Below, piece by piece: positions 41,918 to 51,842 of a stretch of 64,000 bases of DNA. Position numbers and translations under genes: made by a program. The stretch is from Promethearchaeota archaeon (GTDB lineage Archaea; Asgardarchaeota; Lokiarchaeia; Sigyniarchaeales; SOKP01). The DNA is taken from NCBI GenBank assembly GCA_048940925.1, contig JBHLOC010000002.1, positions 64,001 to 128,000 on the forward strand, given 5' to 3'. The notes under the pieces were generated by a model. It did no database searches. It was not told where the DNA came from and worked only from the letters and a program-made list of their open reading frames with translations. Numbering within the stretch: the first letter of the stretch is position 1; every line of letters begins with the position of its first letter.

Positions 41918-43816
41918 TTATAATTCTTCAATCTCCGCAAGAAAAATATCTGCTATTTTATTCCACTTCTCTTTAATATCCGATTGAGTTGATGCTGAAT
42001 TTGTCATTTCTTTTCCCTTTTTCAAGTTTTTTACAGCTAGTTCATCACTTTTGAGTTCTTTATAACAGATACCTAGCTTAATATAAGTTTGATTAATATA
42101 CCATTCGTTATTGGCTATTTCTATTACCTTTTGAAACTGCTTTATGGCATTTTGATAGTCTTGAAAATACATTAATATTTCTCCGTATGTATCGTAATAA
42201 ATTCCAGTCTCTGGATTACGCTTAATGAGATCACGAATAACATCCAATGATTCTTCCTCCTTATTTAAATATTGTAACCAATAAGCTTTATACACTAGTA
42301 GTTCATTATCCTTTGGATATTTCTGAAGTAATTCATTAATTATTTCAAATCCATCTTTAACCTCCTTTATTCTTTTAAGTACAGAAGCTTTTTTCATTTT
42401 GATATCCTTTTCACTTTCAGGAAATATTTCTAGCATTTCATCTAATAAATTTATAATTTCGTCTATTTGGTCAAAATAGATTAAAATTTTGATTTTAGAA
42501 TAATATAATTCAAGATTTTTTGGAGTTTTTTCGATGTCTTGATTAATCTCTTCAAGTTCCTTTTTATATTGCTTTTCTAAATCTTCTGAATTCTGCGTTT
42601 GAAATACTTTTAGCATACCCTGCCAGATAATTCCCTCTAATTTATCATATTCCTCTTTTAACTCTACTTTTGCTTCAATCTTATATGCTAAATAGTTAAT
42701 GTAATTTGGTAAAAATTCCCTTAAGGATTCCTTTAATCTTTCATCAAATAGTAAATCGGTAATTTCCTCTAAAATACTATTTAATGTGGTATTAATATCT
42801 ATTGATCTTGAAAATAATTTATCTAGATAGGTAAATTCACTGATGGAATCTTCAGTAATTGCACGTATTATTGTTTCTAACTTTTCATTTTCCTGGAAGT
42901 AATAAAAATTGCCGGGAGGTACCTTTAATTTAAAAAATTTTATTGGATATATGTTATTCTCTACAATTTCATCAATATAATAAGTAAGCGTATTCTCCTT
43001 AATTCCATATTTTCGGGAGAATTCTTCAGATGAAATATATTCTGGATACCGAACAGGATGATTCAATGAAAGATATAACAATATTTTATGAAAATCATCC
43101 TCATTTTTTAACAAAGACTCAACTCTATTATAATCTAGTTTTAATACGTTGTTGAGAAACCTAAATTGTGTGCGTGTATCATTTATGTTAAACTCATCAA
43201 AAAAATTTAGTGTCTTGCGAGCAACTTCTTCAATTCTCTTACTTTCCTCTTCCAAAATCGTTTGTCTATCTAAATCATAATATTGCAACATTCGTGAATA
43301 CTCAGATTTACCTACTTGAGTAATTCTGTATTCTTTCTTATCATCATCTTTTCCTACATACCCATTCCTTATCATTAATTTCATTGTCTTGGATAATGAT
43401 GACTGATTAATAGAAAGCGGTTCTGCTAGAAAATCTGCCCACTTGCAGTAGTTATTATTATACAACATCCACAAAATCCAATGGTCATAATTCCTACTCT
43501 TTAACATTATTTCAGGAGGATAACTCAACGTTCTTTTTTTCTTCTTTACTTTAGATAAATCATGGAATCTTCTCTTGCCTTCAGACGTGATTTTATAATG
43601 TCCTTTTGAAATTTTATTTATATACTTTTCATTTATTAACGTTGTAAGGTATCTTGAAAGTGTAGATGTAGATATTTCAAGTGGTTCCTGAATAAAATCA
43701 GACCATTCACATTCTTTGTTATTATATAACATCCAGAGAATGATATGCTCGAAATTTTTCTTTTCTAAACTTGGAGGGTTAAAAATTTCTTGAGGTGGGT
43801 AATTTCGACTTGACAT
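41918..43816 (-). CDS. Tandem winged-HTH (MarR-like) + TPR protein, paralog 1
   Basis: Two repeats of YP...HxILWML.NN..C...F...P..I..SxLS...L...Y.IT..GK. C-terminal TPRs (YYDTYGEILM, TYIKLGICY). Confidence 0.75.
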   Translation of the reverse strand: MSSRNYPPQEIFNPPSLEKKNFEHIILWMLYNNKECEWSDFIQEPLEISTSTLSRYLTTLINEKYINKISKGHYKITSEGKRRFHDLSKVKKKKRTLSYPPEIMLKSRNYDHWILWMLYNNNYCKWADFLAEPLSINQSSLSKTMKLMIRNGYVGKDDDKKEYRITQVGKSEYSRMLQYYDLDRQTILEEESKRIEEVARKTLNFFDEFNINDTRTQFRFLNNVLKLDYNRVESLLKNEDDFHKILLYLSLNHPVRYPEYISSEEFSRKYGIKENTLTYYIDEIVENNIYPIKFFKLKVPPGNFYYFQENEKLETIIRAITEDSISEFTYLDKLFSRSIDINTTLNSILEEITDLLFDERLKESLREFLPNYINYLAYKIEAKVELKEEYDKLEGIIWQGMLKVFQTQNSEDLEKQYKKELEEINQDIEKTPKNLELYYSKIKILIYFDQIDEIINLLDEMLEIFPESEKDIKMKKASVLKRIKEVKDGFEIINELLQKYPKDNELLVYKAYWLQYLNKEEESLDVIRDLIKRNPETGIYYDTYGEILMYFQDYQNAIKQFQKVIEIANNEWYINQTYIKLGICYKELKSDELAVKNLKKGKEMTNSASTQSDIKEKWNKIADIFLAEIEEL

Positions 43817-43864
43817 TTAATATATAATTCTATTTTATGAATACTAAGTGAAGATGTGTATTGG

Positions 43865-43915
43865 TTCTATTTATATTTATCTTTCAATAACCCCATGATA
43901 GTTCGGAACTATCAT
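43865..43915 (-). promoter_or_regulatory. TATA-like box plus perfect inverted repeat ATGATAGTTC-G-GAACTATCAT (putative operator)
   Basis: Palindrome at 43895-43915. TATAAATAGAA on the minus strand. Homologous element upstream of paralog 2. Confidence 0.65.
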
Positions 43916-44013
43916 AGGACTACGAAAATAAAAACTGATAATGAGACAAAATAATTGCTTTCTATCAAAAATTAATTGTCAAAAAACAGATTATTTTTTC
44001 CTAGTTTCCCCCT

Positions 44014-44043
44014 ACTTCCAAAGTAGTTCGGAACTCTCATGAA
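44014..44043. promoter_or_regulatory. Second operator copy (AGTTCGGAACT core)
   Basis: ACTTCCAAAGTAGTTCGGAACTCTCATGAA resembles the 43895 and 50328 elements. Confidence 0.55.
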
Positions 44044-44452
44044 ACCGCTATATTCAAAACTATAAATGTAACTGAATGTATATTTATTATTGAAAATCTT
44101 TTGACCGATCTAAATTTAGAAAAAAAGGTTTGATGCATTAGGAATTCGTCAAACTGAGAATGACTTCGATACAATGAATCCATTTCCATATGAATTCACT
44201 AGATTCAAGGAAGGGAGAGACTTTAAACATGGGTTGTTTTTTTTTAATTAACTTATAGAATTGGAAGAATATCTGTAGGATAGTAGATTGTCGATCTATT
44301 ATACCACCTAAACTAATATTCTTCCATTCTATTTTTTTTCTACTAAAAATTTAATAGTATTCGTAATAATCATTTTAGCGTTTTAAGAAAGCTTTATATA
44401 ATTATACATCTAGACTTACTTTAATTACAATCCTCTTCTATTATATCCTTCT

Positions 44453-44995
44453 ATGAATGAGTCTGGAAAAGAATTACGATTTAAGATTACAGTTATAGGA
44501 GATGGAAAAGTAGGAAAGACATCTCTTATTAAAAAATTCACTCAGGGTACATTTGATACTAACTATGTCGAGACGATTGGGGCTCAATTTTCCAAGTATG
44601 ATAAAAAAATAGATGGGGATAATATAAGATTATTATTTTGGGATATTGCAGGTCAAGATTCATTTCACTTTTTACGTCCTTCTTTCTTTAGAGAGAGTTC
44701 TGCTGCTATTATTGTATATAGTCTTGAAAAAAATGAGCTTGGAAGCCGAAGTTTTGAACATATAACTAATTGGTATGAGGATGTTAATCGTTTTTGTGGA
44801 CAAATCCCTATTGTTATATTTGCTAATAAGGTTGATCTAATTGAAGAAGATAAACTAGACCACTCACAAATTCAAAAAATTGTACAAAAACACAATTTTC
44901 TAGATTATTTTATTACTTCTGCGAAATCAGGACAAGGAGTTTATAAGGCATTTAATGCAATTATTAATAAATTGTATAATGATTTAATACGCTAA
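44453..44995 (+). CDS. Rab-like small GTPase
   Basis: GDGKVGKTS, TIG, WDIAGQ, NKVD, TSAK. Confidence 0.92.
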   Translation: MNESGKELRFKITVIGDGKVGKTSLIKKFTQGTFDTNYVETIGAQFSKYDKKIDGDNIRLLFWDIAGQDSFHFLRPSFFRESSAAIIVYSLEKNELGSRSFEHITNWYEDVNRFCGQIPIVIFANKVDLIEEDKLDHSQIQKIVQKHNFLDYFITSAKSGQGVYKAFNAIINKLYNDLIR

Positions 44996-45062
44996 TAACT
45001 AAAGTTGAAATTAAAAAGAAAAAATGTTAATCGAAATAGCTCCTGAAATTGATTAATTTTAT

Positions 45063-45308
45063 TTAGTAAGGAACACTTACAACTTCCTTAACATCTGGAA
45101 CAAACTGTTTAAGAGCCCTCTCGATACCTAGCTTTACCGTCTGTGAACTATAAGGGCATCCCGCGCAATGACCCATTAAACGAACCTTAACAGTTCCATC
45201 ATCAGCTATATCGACTAGCTCCACATCTCCACCATCCATCTGGAGTTGTGGTCGAATCTTATCTATTACTTGTTTTATTTTATCTTTATCCAAACTCGAT
45301 TCACTCAT
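45063..45308 (-). CDS. NifU/Nfu-family Fe-S cluster protein
   Basis: IRPQLQMDGGDVEL...LMGHCAGCP.S..T...GIE. Confidence 0.92.
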   Translation of the reverse strand: MSESSLDKDKIKQVIDKIRPQLQMDGGDVELVDIADDGTVKVRLMGHCAGCPYSSQTVKLGIERALKQFVPDVKEVVSVPY

Positions 45309-45515
45309 TAATATTATATTCTTTAATAAAAAAAAGGCAAATTAACTTTTAAAGGATTCTTTTTATATTTTATTAATATTTATTCATAATCGTTAATTTT
45401 ACCAAAGCATTTTGATATTTTTATTATAGAATAAAGTGAATTTTCTAAAACTGTTTAAAACAGCTAAATCTCTCCATTTGAAAATGATTATTTCAGGTAA
45501 TGATAGAGTTTTCTA

Positions 45516-46115
45516 CTACAATGCTTCGTATCCTAATCGTAAGGCTTTTAAATTAGCTTCAATAGCTTTCTTAGGTACTACTTTCGGAATGATATCTATC
45601 AGCTGTTCCAAACCTAATGGGAAACCGTTAATTTTAGCTAGAGAACCTAAAAGAGCAACATTTAAGGTAAGGGGGTTACCTGCTTTTTTAGCTATATCTA
45701 AAGCATCTATAATATGAATATTTTTTGTCACCTCTCGTAATTGTTCTACTATCCTTCCAATAGTAATGTATGGTATCTCAGGATTTTTCACTCGCTCAAA
45801 AGTACTTTGAATAGGATGCCATATATAGTTGTTTAAAATAATAATTCCATTCGGTTGTAAGTATTCTATATATCTCAATGTTTCTATCGCTTCTATTCCA
45901 AGTAAAACATGCGCTTCTCCGTAAGGAATTAAGGGAGAATACACTTCCTTTCCAATACGAATATGTGTATAGATTGAGCCTGAACGCTGAGCTAATCCAT
46001 GAGTTTCTGCAGTTCTAATTTTTAAACCGAATTCAGCACAAGCTAATCCTAAGATATTTGACATTAGCATTAACCCTTGACCTCCAACACCACATGTCAT
46101 TATGTTATAAGTCAT
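45516..46115 (-). CDS. iorB: Indolepyruvate:ferredoxin oxidoreductase beta subunit
   Basis: GVGGQG, ETHGLAQRSGS, N.ALLG. Confidence 0.9.
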   Translation of the reverse strand: MTYNIMTCGVGGQGLMLMSNILGLACAEFGLKIRTAETHGLAQRSGSIYTHIRIGKEVYSPLIPYGEAHVLLGIEAIETLRYIEYLQPNGIIILNNYIWHPIQSTFERVKNPEIPYITIGRIVEQLREVTKNIHIIDALDIAKKAGNPLTLNVALLGSLAKINGFPLGLEQLIDIIPKVVPKKAIEANLKALRLGYEAL

Positions 46116-48102
46116 GACGAATCTCCCTGAGTATTTTATATGGTTTGATTACATTATGTTCGGAAGGGTGCTCTGGATCAGTATATGGACAAATTATGGA
46201 ACATACCCCACATCCATCGCATAACTCAGCAGAAATATGCGAAGAATAACCTTTCCACATCTTTCCATCTTTATCAGAGAAATCAGTGATGCTAGATTCC
46301 ATATGTATAGCAGGACAATAAAAATCTTGCATACAGGTATGACATTTTCGACATATTGTTTGATCCACATAATAGGGTTGAATCTTTTCTCCTCTTTTTC
46401 TCTTGTTTCTATCCTTCCAAAGTGCACAAGGTCCTCGGGATATAATAATCGAAGGACCTGGTCTCTCTAATGCCTTTTTAAATGCAGGGACGCAATTTTT
46501 AGTATCAAAACAATCATTGATGACAATATTGGTAAATCCAATCCCCTTAAGAACATTTTCAATCAGAATCCTATTTTTAGGAACATCACCAGCTCCGTAT
46601 CCTGTACCGGGATTTGGTTGCTGTCCTGTCATAGCGGTTACAGAATTGTCTAAGATTATGACAACTACATCTTCATTATTATTGCAGATATTTATTATTC
46701 CAGGTAAACCAGCATGGAAGAATGTGCTATCGCCAATCACTGAGATTACTTTTTCATTAGCGGCTAATGAAACACCACTCGCTGTTCCTAATGTAGCACC
46801 CATAGCTAAAAGTAAATCATCAGCATTCATCTTCGAATAAACATCTTTATTCAATAAAAGCATCGAATAACAACCAATATCATTCATGAAAGCAATTTTA
46901 TCAGATTTTCCTGTTAATGCTCTGTTTAATGCCCAAAAAGTAGATCGATGGGGGCATCCAGGGCAAAATACGGGAATTCTGGCAGGCAATATCGATTTCA
47001 GCTTATTAGATCTTTCTAAATATGCTTGGTATTCAATATCAGTCTTAACATTATAAATGTCCTTAAATGCTTTGAAGACAATTGGAACATTATATTCGAA
47101 TGCTTCTCTAAAATGATTAGATTCTTTCCCAAAAATCTTGAGATCCGGATTTACATCCTTAGCTAATGCTTTCACATTTTGTTCAAGATATGGAGATAAT
47201 TCTTCTACAATAATTACTCCTTTTAGTTTCTCTATGAAGTTATTAATTAAATTTTTAGGTAATGGATATGTCGTTCCTAATTTCAAAATCGGTGGGTTAA
47301 TTTGGAGTTTTTTGCAAGCTTCAAGTACGTAGTTGTATGATACTCCGGAAACTATTACGCCGTAGTTTGAAGTACCATTAATTAATGAATTGAATTGTGA
47401 GGTTTCAAAATCGTTTCTGATTTTGTCCCTTTTTTCAAGAAGTTTTAATTTCAACTCTCTAGCTTTGCTTCCTACAGTTGCATATTTTTTATTACCTTTT
47501 CTAAAACTCCCTGAGGTAAATTCAGTTCTCTTTATTGGTTCCAACGGTACAATTGTAGATTGATGATTTATTCTTGTTGTAGTTCTAATTAAAACAACGG
47601 TTTGATATTTTTCTGACAAATAAAATGCTGATTTAACCATTTCTTTAGCTTCTACAGGATCAGTAGGTTCTAACATAGGAATGTACGCATTTGAAGCAAA
47701 AAATCGTCCATCTTCTTCACTCTGTGAGGAATGACAGAAGGGATCATCTGCAAAAACTAATACACATCCTTTATTTATTCCCGTATAACCTAAACTAAAG
47801 AATGTATCTGAAGCTACGTTAAGGCCTACACTTTTCATTGCTGTAAATGATCTCTGGTCTCCCATAGATGCTCCGGCTACGATTTCAAGAGCTACTTTTT
47901 CATTAGAAGCAACTTCCATTTTTATATTAAATCTATCAGCAATTTGCAAAAATGTATCTAGTATTTCTGATACTGGAGATCCTGGATAAAATGCTACGAC
48001 CTTAACATCAGACTCAAGAGCAGCTCGAACAATAGCTTCATTACAAAACAGAAAAGCATTCGACTTTTTATTTGAAATAACATCTGAAATCATCGTTATC
48101 AT
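46105..48102 (-). CDS. iorA: Indolepyruvate:ferredoxin oxidoreductase alpha subunit
   Basis: NEA..R, YPGSP, NEKVALE, MKSVGLNVA, FCPGCPH, DIGCY, GDSTFFH, ferredoxin domain. Confidence 0.92.
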   Translation of the reverse strand: MITMISDVISNKKSNAFLFCNEAIVRAALESDVKVVAFYPGSPVSEILDTFLQIADRFNIKMEVASNEKVALEIVAGASMGDQRSFTAMKSVGLNVASDTFFSLGYTGINKGCVLVFADDPFCHSSQSEEDGRFFASNAYIPMLEPTDPVEAKEMVKSAFYLSEKYQTVVLIRTTTRINHQSTIVPLEPIKRTEFTSGSFRKGNKKYATVGSKARELKLKLLEKRDKIRNDFETSQFNSLINGTSNYGVIVSGVSYNYVLEACKKLQINPPILKLGTTYPLPKNLINNFIEKLKGVIIVEELSPYLEQNVKALAKDVNPDLKIFGKESNHFREAFEYNVPIVFKAFKDIYNVKTDIEYQAYLERSNKLKSILPARIPVFCPGCPHRSTFWALNRALTGKSDKIAFMNDIGCYSMLLLNKDVYSKMNADDLLLAMGATLGTASGVSLAANEKVISVIGDSTFFHAGLPGIINICNNNEDVVVIILDNSVTAMTGQQPNPGTGYGAGDVPKNRILIENVLKGIGFTNIVINDCFDTKNCVPAFKKALERPGPSIIISRGPCALWKDRNKRKRGEKIQPYYVDQTICRKCHTCMQDFYCPAIHMESSITDFSDKDGKMWKGYSSHISAELCDGCGVCSIICPYTDPEHPSEHNVIKPYKILREIRHDL

Positions 48103-48340
48103 AACACATATTAAAAGAAAATTGGTTAAGGATTACTAACCAAATATGATAGTTTAATATTATTTGAATATAACTCTAATTCTTATTTTTTATAATTTTA
48201 ATCTTCAATACTTACATAACATCTTGTTGAAATAGTATATAAGTCAACAATAGAAATCTATGAAATAAACTATAGCGCTGGTGATTCAGCTGAATTTCAA
48301 ATTATTAATTAAAGAGCAATTAAGATAAATCTTGAAATAA

Positions 48341-50254
48341 TTAATGTGAAGGTGATTCTTGTTTTTGTTCCCTTATTTCTGCAAGGAAAAGGTCTATAAT
48401 AGGTAACCATTTATTTTTTGAATCAAGATCACTTATAATTTTATTTGTCAATTCTTTTCCTTTCTTAAGATATCTTCTTGCTAACTCAAAATCTTCAAGT
48501 ACTGTATAACAGATTCCTAACTTTATATACGTCTGGTGTATATACCACGCAGTAGGCTCAAATTCTATGGCTTTTTGGAATTCTTTTATGGCTTTTTCAT
48601 ATTCTTTAAAGGATATCAAGATCTCTCCATAGGTATCATGATAAATTCCTTTTTTTGGTTCATTTTCGGTTAGATTCTGAAGAATATCCACAGCTTCTTG
48701 TTGTTTCCCCAGATATGATAACCAATATGCTTTATAATTAAATAAATTAGTATCATTTGGGTATTTTTCGAGTAACTGTTCAATAATTTCTAAGCCAGCT
48801 TCTAGACTTTTATCTCTTTTAAGAGTGTATGCTTTTTTTATCATGATATCCATTTCTTGTTCTGGGAATTCTTCAATCATTTTCTCTAATACCATCAATG
48901 CATCATTATATTGGTTAAAATAAAGGAGAGTTCTAAGTTTTGAATTATATAATTCATAGTTCTTAGGATTTAGGTCGATTTCTTTATCAATTTCTTTAAT
49001 TTTTTCTTCATATTGAGTTTCTAATGTTTCAGAATTCAGGGAATGCATAAGCTCTGTCATGTTCTGCCAGATTATTCCTTCTAGTTTATCATAAGTTTCT
49101 TTTAAATCTCTTTTCGTCTCAATTTTATAAGCTAAATATTTTATATATCCTGGTAAAAAATCTCTTAATGATTCCTTGAAATGTTTATGGAATGTGGTTT
49201 CACAAATTTCATCAAGAATATCATCTATAGTAGAATTTAAGTCACCAGTCCTTCCAAATTTTTCCAAATATTTGTTAGTTGCAATATGTTCTTCAGTAAT
49301 AGCTCGAAGTATCTTCTCTAGTTTTTCATCTGAATGAAAATAATAATATTTATCTGGAGAAAATTCTAACTTAAAGAACTTAAGGTCATATAAATCGCTT
49401 TCTACAATCTCATTTACCCAAAAATAAACGGTTCTCTTTTTAATTGTATAATATCTTGAAAAATCCTCAAAAGATAGATAATCGGGATAAAAATCAGGAT
49501 GGTTAATTGATATAAAGAGTAAAATTTTATGGAAATCCTCTTCATTTTTTAATACTCCTTTTACTTTTGAATAATCTAATTTTAACACATTATTAAGAAA
49601 TCTAAATTTGACATGGTCATCAGTTATTTTGAATTTATCAAAAAATTGGGATGTCTTTATAGTAATTTCATCAATCCTTTTCCTTTCCTCTTCTAAAATT
49701 GTTTGTCTGTCTAAATTATATTGTTGAAGAATCTTCGAATATTCTGCCTTTCCTGATTGAGTAATTAAATATCTTTTGTTTTCGTTGATGATAAATCTCT
49801 TTTTGATTAATGAACTTAGACTTTTTGATAAGGATGATTGATTTATAGAAAATGGTTCCTCAAGAAAATCAGACCTTTTACAAAAACCATTATTGTACAC
49901 CATCCATAGAATCCAATGGGAATAATTCCTCACACTTTTTAAAATGATTTTTGGTGGATAACTCAACTTTCGTTCCTTTCTTCTTTCTTTTGATAACTCA
50001 TTGAATTTCTTTTTCCCTTCTGCAGTTATTCTGTATTGTCCTCTCGCAAACTTTTCAATAAATCCTTTAAAGATTAATCTTGTGAAATGACGCGATAACG
50101 TAGAAATGGGAATTTCAATTGGTTTTTGCTCAAAATTAGACCATTCACAACTTTCATTATTTGCCAACATCCAAAGAATTATATGGTCATAATTCTTTCT
50201 TTGTAGTTTCGAGGGGTTAAGAATCTCGTCAGAGGGATAATTTAATTTTCCCAT
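48341..50254 (-). CDS. Tandem winged-HTH + TPR protein, paralog 2
   Basis: Full-length similarity to 41918..43816 (LDRQTILEEE, EDFHKILL, YDKLEGIIWQ). Confidence 0.78.
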   Translation of the reverse strand: MGKLNYPSDEILNPSKLQRKNYDHIILWMLANNESCEWSNFEQKPIEIPISTLSRHFTRLIFKGFIEKFARGQYRITAEGKKKFNELSKERRKERKLSYPPKIILKSVRNYSHWILWMVYNNGFCKRSDFLEEPFSINQSSLSKSLSSLIKKRFIINENKRYLITQSGKAEYSKILQQYNLDRQTILEEERKRIDEITIKTSQFFDKFKITDDHVKFRFLNNVLKLDYSKVKGVLKNEEDFHKILLFISINHPDFYPDYLSFEDFSRYYTIKKRTVYFWVNEIVESDLYDLKFFKLEFSPDKYYYFHSDEKLEKILRAITEEHIATNKYLEKFGRTGDLNSTIDDILDEICETTFHKHFKESLRDFLPGYIKYLAYKIETKRDLKETYDKLEGIIWQNMTELMHSLNSETLETQYEEKIKEIDKEIDLNPKNYELYNSKLRTLLYFNQYNDALMVLEKMIEEFPEQEMDIMIKKAYTLKRDKSLEAGLEIIEQLLEKYPNDTNLFNYKAYWLSYLGKQQEAVDILQNLTENEPKKGIYHDTYGEILISFKEYEKAIKEFQKAIEFEPTAWYIHQTYIKLGICYTVLEDFELARRYLKKGKELTNKIISDLDSKNKWLPIIDLFLAEIREQKQESPSH

Positions 50255-50303
50255 TTTCTAAAAAAATAAAACATTATTTTCGATAGATATAAATTGGGAA
50301 CAT

Positions 50304-50380
50304 TTCTATTTATACCTATTTTTCAAAACTTCCACATAATTTCGGAATTTTCAAGGAATTATCGAAAGTGGAACTATAAA
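50304..50380. promoter_or_regulatory. Divergent promoter region with a TTCGGAA operator homologous to 43865-43915
   Basis: TTCTATTTATA...TTTCAA..CTTCCACATAATTTCGGAATTTTCAAGGA, followed by ACTATAAATG as at about 44059. Confidence 0.55.
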
Positions 50381-50477
50381 TGGATAGAAATCTACACTTT
50401 TCATTGATCATCATCTTAATGATAAAACTTGGAATTAAAAATTTAAAAAAAGATTTGAATAAAAAAAAATATTTGAG

Positions 50478-51155
50478 GTGAAAATGGTAGTGAAAAAGAA
50501 ATTAAAAATGACTATACCACTGATCGCAACAACATTTTTAATAACGATCTTCGCACTTGTTTCATCAGTTAACGCTTGTCCCTCTAATCATATCTTAGTC
50601 ATAGCAAAAGGGGATGACTTAGATATCGATGCTACTAATCTTATTATAGGGAGGATTAAATTCGGTGAAGGCGATGAGCCTCCATCGGTGAAAGCAGTTT
50701 TCCATCAAAGAATCTATGATGAATCAGGTAAAAAACTGTATGAGATGAAGGGAATGCTTGAAGATGGATTACTTCTAACGACTCATTATTACTTTTATTG
50801 TCCAGTCTTTGAAGTCTATTTTATTAACATTTCGTGGGTCATGGGTGAGGGAATGGTTAAAACTACTGATACTGATTACACAGTATTTTTTCGAAATTTA
50901 TTTCCAATAACCATGCCAAATACTGAAGGCAAATACGTATCAGCACAGATTTTAATGTTTCTAAGCCCTACAGCTGAATATTGTGATAATGATCCCGGAG
51001 CAATTAAGCCAGGATCCCCTGGCAATCCAATCAAAATTTTAGAACTAGGAGCATGGGCACTTGCTGCGGTTATATGGGAAGTTGAAACACCGATGGGTCT
51101 AATGGAATTACCGGTCGGTCCATTATCTTCTTTGACAAAATACTTGGAAATATAG
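50478..51155 (+). CDS. Secreted hypothetical protein
   Basis: Basic N-terminus, hydrophobic stretch and VNA cleavage-like site. Confidence 0.6.
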   Translation: MKMVVKKKLKMTIPLIATTFLITIFALVSSVNACPSNHILVIAKGDDLDIDATNLIIGRIKFGEGDEPPSVKAVFHQRIYDESGKKLYEMKGMLEDGLLLTTHYYFYCPVFEVYFINISWVMGEGMVKTTDTDYTVFFRNLFPITMPNTEGKYVSAQILMFLSPTAEYCDNDPGAIKPGSPGNPIKILELGAWALAAVIWEVETPMGLMELPVGPLSSLTKYLEI

Positions 51156-51276
51156 GTTCCATAACGTCAAATCAATTGTAACAGATAAAAAATATTTTCT
51201 AAAATCTTTTTTTTTTTTGAAAAAAACTGATCGTCAATTTGATGATAAAATTAATACCAAAAAAAAATAAATTTAG

Positions 51277-51684
51277 TTGAAAAAAAAAATAACCGAAATT
51301 AAAAAACTTACAAAAATCGTACTTTTAGTGGATGTTATTCTTTGGTTCATATTTGGGATACTCCTTACATTTCTATATGATATTACCTTGAATCCTATGG
51401 GTTGGACTAATCCCTATCTCCCAAGATTATTTGGAGGAGTTAATTTAGTATCTGCTATTTTCGCAATTTTAATGCTTCGCAAAAAGGAATGGGAAGATAT
51501 TAAATTGACATTTGAGTATTTTATAGGGTTACTTATAACATCATTAATCATTGAAGTTGCCGTATATACTACATTATACTCCACTTTTGAAGCTTCATGG
51601 AGACTACAAGGTTTATTTACTATAACTGTAGAGGCTGTACTTTTTACGCTTGGAATTGTCTCTTTTATCAAACAGAGAAGCTAA
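51277..51684 (+). CDS. Hypothetical 4-TM membrane protein
   Basis: Hydrophobic ORF with a P..PRLFG motif. Confidence 0.6.
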   Translation: MKKKITEIKKLTKIVLLVDVILWFIFGILLTFLYDITLNPMGWTNPYLPRLFGGVNLVSAIFAILMLRKKEWEDIKLTFEYFIGLLITSLIIEVAVYTTLYSTFEASWRLQGLFTITVEAVLFTLGIVSFIKQRS

Positions 51685-51842
51685 ACGCCATATATTAAAA
51701 AATTTCTAATCAATTTTTTTTTTAACCCTTATTTATAGAAATAAAAAACACTCTGTCTTTTTTCAATGGAATTAAACATTATATTTAAAATACTATTTAG
51801 CTTAGTATTTTCATAAAGTTATAATCTAATTCTCACAAATTT

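Noticed and set aside
45436-45717. 93-aa plus-strand ORF overlapping iorB
   Set aside because: Antisense to a conserved gene and featureless.
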